DNA from: Pseudomonadota bacterium
GTDB lineage: Bacteria; Pseudomonadota; Alphaproteobacteria; GCA-2746255
Assembly (NCBI GenBank): GCA_040752895.1
Contig: JBFMHN010000002.1
Span: forward strand, 204,368-268,367
DNA: 64,000 nucleotides
Reading direction: 5' to 3'
Position numbers and translations under genes: made by a program. Positions 41,756-50,818 of the stretch are shown piece by piece. The notes under the pieces are model-generated. The model had not been told where the DNA came from and did not search any database. It worked only from the letters and a program-made list of their open reading frames with translations. How positions within the stretch are numbered: the stretch's first letter is position 1; each line of letters begins with the position of its first letter.

Positions 41756-43183
41756 ATGGCCGATATCAAGACCCTGCGACCGATTTCCGAACCGCTCGTC
41801 GTCGGCGCCGTCCGCGCATTTGACGCGACTGCGGTCATGCTCGTCGGCGCCGCCGGCTACGGCCTTTATCTCGAAGGCGAAAGCTATGCGGTTCCGGAAT
41901 ACTACGCAGGCTTCATGGTCGCGCTGCTTCTGCTGCAGCAGAATTTCTTCGGTTTGTTCCGCGTCTACGCAACCCTTTTCGATCCGTCGCGTTTTGCCCT
42001 GCTGCGTCGCATCTTTCTTGCCTGGACCACGGCGCTCGTCACCATCGTTGCCGCCGCCTTCCTGGCGAAAGTGTCCGAAGAGTTTTCGCGCGCCTGGGTC
42101 GGCATTGTGTACGGCGGGGGCCTGTTTGCCATGCTGCTCGTCCGCACAGGGCTGGCGGTGGTCATTCGGCGCTGGCATCGCGACGGTCGGCTCCGTACCG
42201 TCCTTGCGCTCGTGGGCGGGGGAGAGAATGCCCGGCGTTTCATCAAACGGTTGAAGCAGCGAAACGACGACGCCTACACGGCCATCGGCGTGTTTGACGA
42301 CCGGGCGGCGCGCACGCCCGCGGACATCGACGGTTGCCCGTATTTGGGCACGGTCGACGATCTCATCGTTTATTGTCGCACCCATCGCGTGGATCAGGTC
42401 GTTCTGACCCTTCCTTGGTCCGCCGAAAACCGCATACTCGAAACGCTCGAGCGCGTGATGGCCTTGCCGGTTCGCGTGCGCCTGGGACCCGATCTTGTCG
42501 GCTTCCATTTTGGCCGCGCCAACGTCACCCATTTGGGCGACGTGCCGGTCCTGCACCTCGCGGAGCCCGCGCTTTCGGACTGGAGCCACTTCGTCAAGTC
42601 GGTCGAAGACAAGATTCTTGCCGCCGCCGTCGTGTTTTTCATTGCGCCGCTGATGATCTGTATCGCCCTTGCCATCAAACTGGACAGCCCCGGCCCCGTG
42701 TTCTTTCGTCAGCGGCGCTACGGGTTCAACAACCGCATCTTTATCGCTTACAAATTCCGCACCATGCATGTGCATATGAGCGACGAGAGCGCGCGGGCGC
42801 TGACGGCACCCGGTGACGTGCGGGTAACGCGCGTCGGCGCGTTTCTCCGCCGCACCAGCCTTGATGAGGTGCCCCAGTTCCTGAACGTGCTGAAGGGCGA
42901 CATGTCCGTCGTCGGGCCGCGGCCCCACGCACTTGGGGCAAAGGCGGGGGCAAAGCTTTATCACGACGTCTTCGCTAAATACGCCCATCGTCACCGGGTG
43001 AAGCCGGGCATCACCGGATGGGCGCAGATCAACGGCTGGCGCGGCGCCACCGATACCGTCGAGCAGCTCGAGAAACGCGTCGAAGCCGATCTCTATTACA
43101 TCGAGAACTGGTCGATTTGGCTGGATTTGCGCATCATTCTGGCAACGCCGATTGCGATTCTCCGGGGTGAAAACGCATACTGA
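41756..43183 (+). CDS. undecaprenyl-phosphate hexose-1-phosphate transferase (WcaJ/WbaP-type priming glycosyltransferase)
   Basis: 475 aa: N-terminal TM bundle, a central Rossmann-like segment and the C-terminal bacterial sugar-transferase domain (PVFFRQRRYGFNNRIFIAYKFRTM...DEVPQFLNVLKGDMSVVGPRPH...KPGITGWAQINGWRG). Confidence 0.92.
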   Translation: MADIKTLRPISEPLVVGAVRAFDATAVMLVGAAGYGLYLEGESYAVPEYYAGFMVALLLLQQNFFGLFRVYATLFDPSRFALLRRIFLAWTTALVTIVAAAFLAKVSEEFSRAWVGIVYGGGLFAMLLVRTGLAVVIRRWHRDGRLRTVLALVGGGENARRFIKRLKQRNDDAYTAIGVFDDRAARTPADIDGCPYLGTVDDLIVYCRTHRVDQVVLTLPWSAENRILETLERVMALPVRVRLGPDLVGFHFGRANVTHLGDVPVLHLAEPALSDWSHFVKSVEDKILAAAVVFFIAPLMICIALAIKLDSPGPVFFRQRRYGFNNRIFIAYKFRTMHVHMSDESARALTAPGDVRVTRVGAFLRRTSLDEVPQFLNVLKGDMSVVGPRPHALGAKAGAKLYHDVFAKYAHRHRVKPGITGWAQINGWRGATDTVEQLEKRVEADLYYIENWSIWLDLRIILATPIAILRGENAY

Positions 43184-43245
43184 GCGGCGCGCGCGGCGAC
43201 GTCCGCCAAGGGCCTCGCCGATCAACGGCGCGGAGAGCACGAGAA

Positions 43246-44574
43246 GTGAAAGCGATCTGGATTGACAGAAAACCGGAGGCGGGCACGGTTTACACGTTCC
43301 TGAACCGGTCGTGGTCGATCGTTTCGACGCTCGTTTTCATCGCCCTCGTGATCTACGCCCTCAGCCCAGAACTTCAGGGATATTATTATACGTTTTTAAG
43401 CCTGCTCGTCCTGCTGCAGCTTGCCGACATGGGCTTCGGCAGCGTCCTGACGCAGTTTTGCAGCCACGAATGGGCGCATCTCCGCTTCGATGAAAACGGT
43501 GCCGTTGTTGGATCGCCGGAAGCCAAGGCGCGCCTTGCTTCGCTCGTCGATATCGGTTTCCGCTGGTACGGCGTTGCCGTTATGGTTTTCTTCGTCGCGT
43601 TGGGCTTGGGCGGCGACCTGTTCTTCGCGACCCAGGCGGGGTCGGAAAATATCGACTGGCGGTTGCCGTGGTGGCTGCTGGCGGGTTTCGCCGCATTCTG
43701 TCTTCTGCTTGTTCCCGTCACCAGCCTGTTGGACGCAAGCCACCAGGTGGCGCTCAGCCAGCGCAATCAGCTTGCCGCCAACGTGGTCGCTTCGTTCGCC
43801 GGTTGGGCGACGCTCGGGTTGGGCGGCGGTCTCTATGCCGTGCCGGTGGTGTTCGCCGGCCGCGCCGTCCTCGGTCATGCCCTCAACACCCTGGCCGCCC
43901 GGCCCTTGCTCCGCCTTCGCCACGGCCGCGACCGGGCGTCCGCCATCGATTGGCGGCGCGAATTCTGGCCCCAGCAATGGCGCATCTTCGCAAGCTGGAC
44001 AGCGGGCTTCCTCGTGTTCCAGAGTTTCACGCCCATCGCCTTCAAGCTTTCGGGGCCGGTGGCGGCAGGCCAGATCGGCATCATGGTCCAGGCTTTTCAC
44101 GCAGTGAACCAGCTGGCCTCGGCGCGGCTTACCGTCGACCAGCCCAAAATGGGCGCGCTGGCCGCCAAAGGAGATCTCGGCGGTCTTCGGGCGCTGGTGC
44201 GGCTGGCCATCGGGCGCAATATTCTCGTCTCGGCGATCCTCGCGGCGGCGGCCGTGGCGCTGGTCTATGGCATCCAAGCCTTCGCGCCTGCCATCGGGTG
44301 GCGCTTCGGCAGCCTTCCCGCTTTTACTTTGTTCGTCTTGGCGGCCGTGCTCTATCAAGTTTCGAATGTCGAGACCGCCGCCGTGCGCTTTCAGAAGAAG
44401 GAGCCTTTCGTGACCGCCGTCTTCGTTTCCGCAATTCTGGTCGTCCTTGGCAATCTTCTCGTCGCCGCCTACGGTGACGCCGCGTGGATGGCGGTGGTTT
44501 TTACAGCCGTGTCGCTGTTCGTGCTGGTGCCCTGGGTGCACGCCATCTATCGCCGTCACATGGTGCCCGGATGA
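43246..44574 (+). CDS. polytopic membrane protein, Wzx-like oligosaccharide flippase (MOP superfamily, tentative)
   Basis: 442-aa GTG-start ORF with about 12 hydrophobic segments. Located between the priming transferase and the modification genes. No soluble domain. Confidence 0.6.
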   Translation: MKAIWIDRKPEAGTVYTFLNRSWSIVSTLVFIALVIYALSPELQGYYYTFLSLLVLLQLADMGFGSVLTQFCSHEWAHLRFDENGAVVGSPEAKARLASLVDIGFRWYGVAVMVFFVALGLGGDLFFATQAGSENIDWRLPWWLLAGFAAFCLLLVPVTSLLDASHQVALSQRNQLAANVVASFAGWATLGLGGGLYAVPVVFAGRAVLGHALNTLAARPLLRLRHGRDRASAIDWRREFWPQQWRIFASWTAGFLVFQSFTPIAFKLSGPVAAGQIGIMVQAFHAVNQLASARLTVDQPKMGALAAKGDLGGLRALVRLAIGRNILVSAILAAAAVALVYGIQAFAPAIGWRFGSLPAFTLFVLAAVLYQVSNVETAAVRFQKKEPFVTAVFVSAILVVLGNLLVAAYGDAAWMAVVFTAVSLFVLVPWVHAIYRRHMVPG

Positions 44575-45263
44575 AACGGCCGCTCGACAGCTGTCTCTTC
44601 GAATCACCCCGGAACGGCGCCGTGCTCGATGTCGGGTGTTTCGGCTTCGCGCGGGTGGCCCAGGCCGCGGGCCTCGGCCGTGGCGATCTCCGCCATGCCG
44701 GCGTCGATTTCACGGACCCCGGAAACGTGCCGGTCGGGGTCGATTTCCGCCGTGCAGATCTCAACCACGAACGCCTCCCGTTCGACGACGACAGTTTCGA
44801 CCTCGTGGTTGCATCCCATGTCCTCGAACATGTGCGCGATCCGATAGGCCTCGTCATCGACTGCCTCCGGGTCTGCCGCCCAGGCGGAAGGGTCTATATC
44901 GAGGCGCCGTCCGAGCGCGCGCTCTTTCTCCCTTCCATGCCGTTCAAGTTCGAGGCTTTCCATTCCCTTTCGTTCTTCGACGATCCGACCCATCTCTCGC
45001 GCCCATGGACGCCCCAGGCGCTTTTCCGTCTGGCGCGCCTCCTCGGCTGCGAGCCCGAGGTCACGAAACACCAGATTTCCTGGCTGATCCGGATTCTCTC
45101 GCCGGCGCTTATCCCGTTAACGCTGATTTTGCGCGACGCGCGGCGATTCGAATACTGGTCGTGGCTGACCGTGGGCTGGAGCTGCTACGCTGTCATCCGC
45201 AAGCCGGCATCCTTGCAAGGCGCCCCGGCCCTGCGTTACAGCATCCCTCCGCGCGGGCGCTAA
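44571..45263 (+). CDS. class I SAM-dependent methyltransferase (Methyltransf_11-like)
   Basis: ATG 44571 overlaps the flippase stop (ATGA). Motif I VLDVGCFG, then FDLVVASHVLEHV and RPGGRVYIE. Paralogue of 55073..55729 (shared FFDDPTH and ILSPALI segments). Confidence 0.82.
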   Translation: MKRPLDSCLFESPRNGAVLDVGCFGFARVAQAAGLGRGDLRHAGVDFTDPGNVPVGVDFRRADLNHERLPFDDDSFDLVVASHVLEHVRDPIGLVIDCLRVCRPGGRVYIEAPSERALFLPSMPFKFEAFHSLSFFDDPTHLSRPWTPQALFRLARLLGCEPEVTKHQISWLIRILSPALIPLTLILRDARRFEYWSWLTVGWSCYAVIRKPASLQGAPALRYSIPPRGR

Positions 45264-45348
45264 GTTATGCGGTCAACGCGCGCCGGCGGTGTTGCGACAT
45301 GACGACCGGTAAGACCATGAGGAAGGCCCGACAGAACCCATGGCTCAG

Positions 45349-45417
45349 AAAATCCTGGCGACCGGCGGCGCCGATATAGCCGGCGCCGCCCTGGTCCCGA
45401 AGCTCCTCGAAGAAGGC
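45349..45417 (+). pseudogene. 69-bp remnant copy of the 5' end of the epimerase gene at 49081
   Basis: Manual alignment of 45349-45417 against 49090-49158 gives 60/69 identical, including a perfect 28-nt run. Seven of the nine mismatches are explained by inversion of the segment between two palindromic GGCGCC sites (ggctatatc versus gatatagcc). The remnant encodes ATGGADIAGAALVPKLLEEG versus VTGGAGYIGAVLVPKLLEEG, so the GxGxxG motif is destroyed. Confidence 0.8.
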
Positions 45418-45591
45418 GCGCGCCTTCGCGGCCTCGCCCCGTCCGCGTTTGCGGTGCCGGTCATCGGTTCGTTTAACTTGCTGAAAAACCGGTTTGCTTG
45501 GAATCGGATTTTGTCCGGGGCGGGTATTGCGACGGTCTGTTTTCATTTATTGAAAAAAGGATCGCATAAAATATTCCATAAAAATATTTTA

Positions 45592-45807
45592 TTGCGCCTT
45601 CTGATTTTTCTTCTGTTCTTTGATGTCAATAATGCGGCTTACGCTTATTTAGATCCCGGAACAGGCAGCATAATTCTTCAACTCCTTTTTGGAGGTGTTG
45701 CCGGCGCCCTTGTGATTGCCAAATTGTATTGGCATCGCATCAAAAGCTTTTTTGGCCGGAAGGGAAACTCCAAGGGGTCTGAGGGGGGAAGGTGGGGCAG
45801 GCGATGA
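45592..45807 (+). CDS. candidate small membrane protein with YLDPGTGS motif (start uncertain)
   Basis: 3' part of track ORF 45340..45807: (L)RLLIFLLFFDVNNAAYAYLDPGTGSIILQLLFGGVAGALVIAKLYWHRIKSFFGRK.... Its TGA overlaps the ATG at 45804 of the next gene (ATGA). Only TTG/CTG starts are available (TTG 45592 chosen). The region is AT-rich. Confidence 0.4.
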   Translation: MRLLIFLLFFDVNNAAYAYLDPGTGSIILQLLFGGVAGALVIAKLYWHRIKSFFGRKGNSKGSEGGRWGRR

Positions 45808-47222
45808 CTCGGGTCCGCCTTGAACCCGGTTCCTTCCGGGATCCGAGCGGCCGGATTTATTATGTCGACGATCGGGTCTTTCGGACGATCAAAACCTATG
45901 CCGCTGAGGATTTCGAGTTTGTTCGCGGCACGGGCCTGCTCGACCGTCTTGCGGATGCGGGCCAAGTTATCCGGGCAACGCCTGTGTCTTCGGATGTCTT
46001 GAAGGACTACGGCAAGGACGCCGAGTACGTTGTCGAGCATCCGCGTTTGCCATTTATCTCCTATCCATACGAATGGCCATTTCCCGCCCTTAAGGCCGCA
46101 GCGCTACTCCAGTTGGACATTCAAATTGAGGCGCTTGCGTCTGGAATTACGCTGTCCGACGCGAGCGCTTACAATATTCAGTTTCTGGGAACGCAACCGC
46201 TTTTCATCGATATCCTGTCCTTCCGCAGGTACCGCGAGGGTGAAGTCTGGGGTGGTCATCGTCAGTTCTGCGAGCAATTCCTCAACCCGCTATTGCTCCG
46301 CGCGAAGCTCGGTGTTCCCCATAATGCCTGGTATCGGGGCTCGGTTGAGGGAATTGGGACGACCGAGCTACGGAGACTCCTCCGCTGGACGTCCAAATTA
46401 TCGCCCAATGTCCTGGTCCACGTGGTCCTGCAATCCGCCTTGCAGAGATCGTCGCTTTCGAACAGGGAAAGCAAAGGAACGCTTGCAACAGCCAAGCTGC
46501 CGCTAGCCTCCTACCGGCGGATGCTCTCGAAGCTGAGGTTATGGATTGAGACCCTTGAGCCCGCCGATACCGGAAAGACGGTTTGGCAGGATTACACGCG
46601 CACCCACAGTTACAGCGATGACGAGGTCGTTGAGAAAAAGTCATTCATCGGAAAATTTGTGGCGGCAACGAAACCTGCGATTCTCTGGGATATGGGCTGC
46701 AACACCGGCGACTATGCCGATACAGCCTTAAGAAATGGTGCCGGTTACTGTGTGGGGTTTGATTGCGATCAGGGGGCTTTGGAACTCGCCTTCTCCCGCT
46801 CCGCAACTCAAAATCTGAGGTTTCTGCCTTTGCTCCTTGATGGTGCCAACCCCTCGCCCAGCCAGGGCTGGAGCGAACGCGAACGCCTGGGTCTGGCTGG
46901 CCGTGCCGGGGCGGACGGAATTGTCGCCCTGGCATTTGTTCACCACATCGCGATTGGCCGCAACGTCCCGCTCGACGAGGTCGTTTCCTGGCTTACAAAG
47001 CTGGCGCCCCAAGGGGTAATCGAATTCGTACCCAAGCAGGATCCCATGGTTCAGGAATTGCTTGCATTCAGAGAGGACATCTTCCCGGATTATACCGAAG
47101 AGAATTTCCTGGGCGCGCTAGCCAAGCGTTCCGAGATTGTCGAAATGAAGACCGTGACCCGGAGCAATCGGAAGTTAATCTGGTACCGCAATCGCATGAC
47201 GGCAAAAGATGATGCCAGATAA
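45804..47222 (+). CDS. two-domain class I SAM-dependent methyltransferase (N-terminal GSFRDPSG-type domain)
   Basis: ATG 45804 preceded by gaggggggaagg. N-terminal ~270-aa domain (LEPGSFRDPSGRIYYVDDRVFR...YPYEWPF...SDASAYNIQF). C-terminal Rossmann MT (ILWDMGCNTGDYA...VGFDCD...IVALAFVHHI). Confidence 0.8.
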   Translation: MTRVRLEPGSFRDPSGRIYYVDDRVFRTIKTYAAEDFEFVRGTGLLDRLADAGQVIRATPVSSDVLKDYGKDAEYVVEHPRLPFISYPYEWPFPALKAAALLQLDIQIEALASGITLSDASAYNIQFLGTQPLFIDILSFRRYREGEVWGGHRQFCEQFLNPLLLRAKLGVPHNAWYRGSVEGIGTTELRRLLRWTSKLSPNVLVHVVLQSALQRSSLSNRESKGTLATAKLPLASYRRMLSKLRLWIETLEPADTGKTVWQDYTRTHSYSDDEVVEKKSFIGKFVAATKPAILWDMGCNTGDYADTALRNGAGYCVGFDCDQGALELAFSRSATQNLRFLPLLLDGANPSPSQGWSERERLGLAGRAGADGIVALAFVHHIAIGRNVPLDEVVSWLTKLAPQGVIEFVPKQDPMVQELLAFREDIFPDYTEENFLGALAKRSEIVEMKTVTRSNRKLIWYRNRMTAKDDAR

Positions 47223-49019
47223 TCTTGGCGATATTTCTGCGAAGACGGCCCGAAGGGCGTTCCTCCTCGACGCCCTGTCTTTCTTTCTTCTTTTGCTGTT
47301 CCCCTATCTTAATTTTATCGCCCGCAATGATTTTGTCTTCGAGAGCAGCAATCTGATCGTTGGCGTGGGCTTTGCTTTTTTGGCGGGGGGACTCGCACTT
47401 TTTTTGAAACTAGCGCCATTTCCCGGTCTTCGGCTTCTGATGCTGACGGGACTCATTCTGGTTTTCGCGGATTTCCAGTTTATTGGCGGCTTTCTCGTCG
47501 TTGCCGTTACCGGATCAGCCTTTCTCATTATGCTGTGTCTGCCCAGTGCCCACCGGAGCCTGGTGGTGACTGCCGTATTCGGCACGATGGTGGTCGCGAC
47601 GCTTGTATCACTGCCGTTTGCCGACGCAGGTCCGGTCACAACATCCGCCTCGACATCTTCTCCAGCGGAAAATGCGGCAAAATCGGATTTGCCTGTCTAC
47701 GTTCATATAATTCTGGATGGGCAGTTGGGTGTTGAGGGCTTTCAAGACGACGCGCCTGCACAGAAGGCCATCAAAACGGAAATCCAGGAGCTCTTCTCGG
47801 GGAATGGTTTTCGGGTATTCAGCCGGGCCTACAGTTTATATGACCGTACCCAACAGTCGCTTTCCTCTGCCTTCAACTCCGAAAAAATGGAAAGCTCGAA
47901 GGCTTGTTTTCAGAGAACGAATATCTGACATCCTATCGACTGAACCGGAACCTCTATTTCGACAAGCTCGGCGCCAGGGGCTATCGAATTAATGTTTATC
48001 AATCCATGTTCTTGGATTTTTGCGGTTCGTCAAAAAGAAATACCGGTACCTGCGTATCCTATGATCAGGGCAAGATTTCAAGCGTGAATCTGAAAGGCTT
48101 CAGTGATTCGGAAAAGCTGGAATTCGTACTATCCGTTTATTCCGACTTATTGTTTCTGAAAAAAAAACTGAAGGCATTGTATAAACCGGTTCGAAAGCAT
48201 CTCGGCAGAATCGGTTTCGATCTTCCCGCGTGGGGAGTCCACCACCTCTATCGTATCTGGCCGTTGACTGTTCTGCCCGCATTCGAACGCCTGATCGCCG
48301 ATGTAGCATCGGCGCCGCGGGGGGACATGTTTTTCGCCCATTTCCTCCTGCCGCACGAACCCTTTGCGGTCGATTCATCCTGTGGCATCCGCCGACCGGT
48401 CCTGCAATGGCCGACGAGAGTTAGCAGCCAATGGGATGGGGATCCGGTTTTGTTCAATACGCCAGGTTCGCGCCTAGCTGGATATGAGGCCTATATCCCG
48501 CAAGTCCGGTGCGCTTTGTCCAAGATAGAGAAGCTCCTGAATGTTATGAAAGAGCGGAAAGCTCTTAAGGATGCCATCGTTATCGTTCACGGTGATCACG
48601 GCTCGCGGCTAATGCTTGTCGACCCAACAAGTGAAAACAAGAACCGGTTGTCCAAACAGGATTATTTTGATGCCTTTTCGACCCTTTACGCAATCAAATC
48701 GCCGGGGATAGATTCCGGGATCGACCGGCGGATGATGTCACTGGATGACCTGCTGGGTGGCGCGCTAGAAGGGACCGGTCCGGAAAGCGCTTTCGCTGCG
48801 AATTCGCCTCATTTTATCTATCTGAGGATGGAGAACTTCGATCCCTACGGTCATTGGCTTTGTCGGGTCATCCCTATCTCGTGGATGCGGCGAAGCGATG
48901 ATTTCCTTCCCGAGACTCTGAGGCGATGGAAGGAGGGTGCATGCCGAGGTCGATCGGCTTCCATATATGCGAAGGTCGAGAAAGTTGATATGCCCGAAAT
49001 TCCAGGCGGCAATAGATAA
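47209..49019 (+). pseudogene. polytopic membrane protein with alkaline-phosphatase-superfamily (sulfatase / LtaS / EptA-like) ectodomain, split by a -1 frameshift
   Basis: ORF 47209..47928 holds about 5 TMs plus the start of the AP-type domain (VYVHIILDGQLG...DRTQQSLSS). ORF 47904..49019 continues in another frame (FAHFLLPHEPF...IVIVHGDHGSR). The frames co-open only in 47844-47928, which contains an A6 run (47882-47887). One extra A would give a single 603-aa ORF. Confidence 0.65.
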
Positions 49020-49080
49020 AGGGCTAAAGGCGGGTCAAGGGGCCTAAGGTGGCGCCTAACAAAGTAGTTTAGGGTAACGC

Positions 49081-50019
49081 ATGAAATCAAAAATCCTGGT
49101 GACCGGCGGCGCCGGCTATATCGGCGCCGTCCTGGTCCCGAAGCTCCTCGAAGAAGGCCACAACGTCGCGGTTCTCGACAGCTTTGCGCGCGGCGAGGCC
49201 CATCTCGCCGCCTGCTGCCAGTATGACGGGTTCGAGCCGGTGCGCGGCGACGCCCGCGACGAAAGGGTCGTCAAGGGTCTTGCCGCCAAGGCCGACATCG
49301 TCATCCCGCTGGCGGCGCTGGTCGGCGCGCCGCTCTGCGCGCGCGATCCGATCGGCGCCGAAACCATCAACCGCGACGCCGTGCTCATGCTGTTGAAACA
49401 CATTGGCCGGGACCAGCGCCTCGTGTTTCCGAACAGCAACAGCGGTTACGGCATCGGCCAGGGCGACAATTTCTGCACCGAGGATAGCCCGTTGAATCCG
49501 ATCTCGCTCTATGGCCAGACCAAGGTCGAGGCGGAAAAGGCAATCCTCGATTCAGGAAAGGGGATTTCGCTGCGCCTCGCCACGGTGTTCGGCCTATCGC
49601 CGCGCATGCGCCTCGACCTTCTCGTCAACGACTTTACTTATCGCGCAGTCAACGACCGCTTCGTCGTCGTTTTCGAGGGCCATTTCAAGCGCAACTATAT
49701 CCACGTGCGCGACGTCGTTGCGGCTTTCGTCCATGCGATCGGAAATTTCGAGGCCATGCGGGGCATGGCTTTCAACGTCGGCTTGTCCGACGCCAATTTC
49801 TCGAAACTGGAACTCTGCGCCCTGATCCAGCGCTACGTGCCCGACTTCGTTTTTCTCGAAGCCCCCATCGGCGAAGACCCGGACAAGCGCAACTACATCG
49901 TCTCCAACGCGCGCATCGAAGGGACCGGATTCAAGCCCGCCTGGTCGCTCGACCGCGGGGTACGCGAACTCCTCCGCGGCTACCGCATGCTTAACAACGC
50001 GCGCTTCTCGAATGTCTGA
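49081..50019 (+). CDS. NAD-dependent epimerase/dehydratase (extended SDR)
   Basis: GxGxxG (VTGGAGYIGAVL) and catalytic YxxxK (YGQTKVEAEK). First gene of a tightly packed five-gene sugar-nucleotide operon. Confidence 0.88.
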   Translation: MKSKILVTGGAGYIGAVLVPKLLEEGHNVAVLDSFARGEAHLAACCQYDGFEPVRGDARDERVVKGLAAKADIVIPLAALVGAPLCARDPIGAETINRDAVLMLLKHIGRDQRLVFPNSNSGYGIGQGDNFCTEDSPLNPISLYGQTKVEAEKAILDSGKGISLRLATVFGLSPRMRLDLLVNDFTYRAVNDRFVVVFEGHFKRNYIHVRDVVAAFVHAIGNFEAMRGMAFNVGLSDANFSKLELCALIQRYVPDFVFLEAPIGEDPDKRNYIVSNARIEGTGFKPAWSLDRGVRELLRGYRMLNNARFSNV

Positions 50020-50818
50020 CCGGACGGGGCTTTCGTCGGGAATGCCGCCGGCGATCGTTCTGGTGGGCGGGCGCGGCGCGCGGCTTGGGCCCGCAACGGC
50101 TGATATGCCGAAACCCATGCTCTGCGTGGCGGGGAAGCCGTTCTTGCACTGGGTCACGGCTTGGCTTTTGGGGCAGGGCGTCACGGAAATCGTTTTCGCC
50201 ACCGGCCATTCCGGGGAAAAGGTCGCGGACTGGGTGGCGACCCTCGACCTGCCTGGCGGCGTGTCGGTTCTCTGCCGGCAGGAGGAAGCGCCGCTCGGCA
50301 CTGGCGGCGCACTGCTGTTTGCGCTGCAGGCGGTCCACCCTGACTATCGCCGCGTTCTCGTCCTGAACGGGGATTCTTTGCTGCTCTGCGATCTTTCCGC
50401 GCTCGTCGCGCGCTATGACGAGGGTGGGGCCGATGCGGTGCTGGCGGCGCTTGCGGTGGACGACGCCCTGCGTTACGGCGCGCTCGATATCGATCTTTCG
50501 GGGCGCATCACCGCCTTCGGCGAGAAACGGCCGGGGGGCGGCTGGATCAACGGCGGGGTTTACCTTTTTTCGCGCGCTCTCCTCGGGCGGTTTCCGGCGA
50601 ATGCCGCCATGAGCATCGAATACGATCTTATCCCGCAGGCGCTTGGCGCGGGCTCTGCCTTCTTTGCCTTCAAGGTGACGGCGCCCTTCATCGATATCGG
50701 CACGCCGGAAACCCTGGCCGCCGCCAGCGCCTTTATCGAACGGCACGGCGGTCTGATCCACAGCAACGCCGGCGGCATGTCGGCACCGAAGCCGGAAAGG
50801 AAACGGCAAACGCCATGA
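50012..50818 (+). CDS. sugar-1-phosphate nucleotidyltransferase (HddC-like heptose-1-P guanylyltransferase, tentative)
   Basis: AIVLVGGRGARLGPATADMPKPMLCVAGKPFLHW...IVFATGH. The start could instead be the ATG at 50042. Its stop overlaps the next ATG (ATGA). Confidence 0.8.
   Translation: MSDRTGLSSGMPPAIVLVGGRGARLGPATADMPKPMLCVAGKPFLHWVTAWLLGQGVTEIVFATGHSGEKVADWVATLDLPGGVSVLCRQEEAPLGTGGALLFALQAVHPDYRRVLVLNGDSLLLCDLSALVARYDEGGADAVLAALAVDDALRYGALDIDLSGRITAFGEKRPGGGWINGGVYLFSRALLGRFPANAAMSIEYDLIPQALGAGSAFFAFKVTAPFIDIGTPETLAAASAFIERHGGLIHSNAGGMSAPKPERKRQTP

Noticed and set aside
41576-43240. 554-aa ORF antisense to the priming glycosyltransferase, and the 403-aa ORF 43396..44607 antisense to the flippase
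   Set aside because: The sense-strand products have clear family motifs and TM patterns. The antisense translations are Arg/Gly/His-rich with no structure.
45340-45807. 155-aa ORF as a genuine protein
   Set aside because: Its first ~26 codons are the degraded duplicate of the epimerase 5' end with a broken GxGxxG motif. The middle is junction sequence. Only the 3' third (from about 45592) looks like a real small membrane protein, so I treat the full ORF as a chimera.
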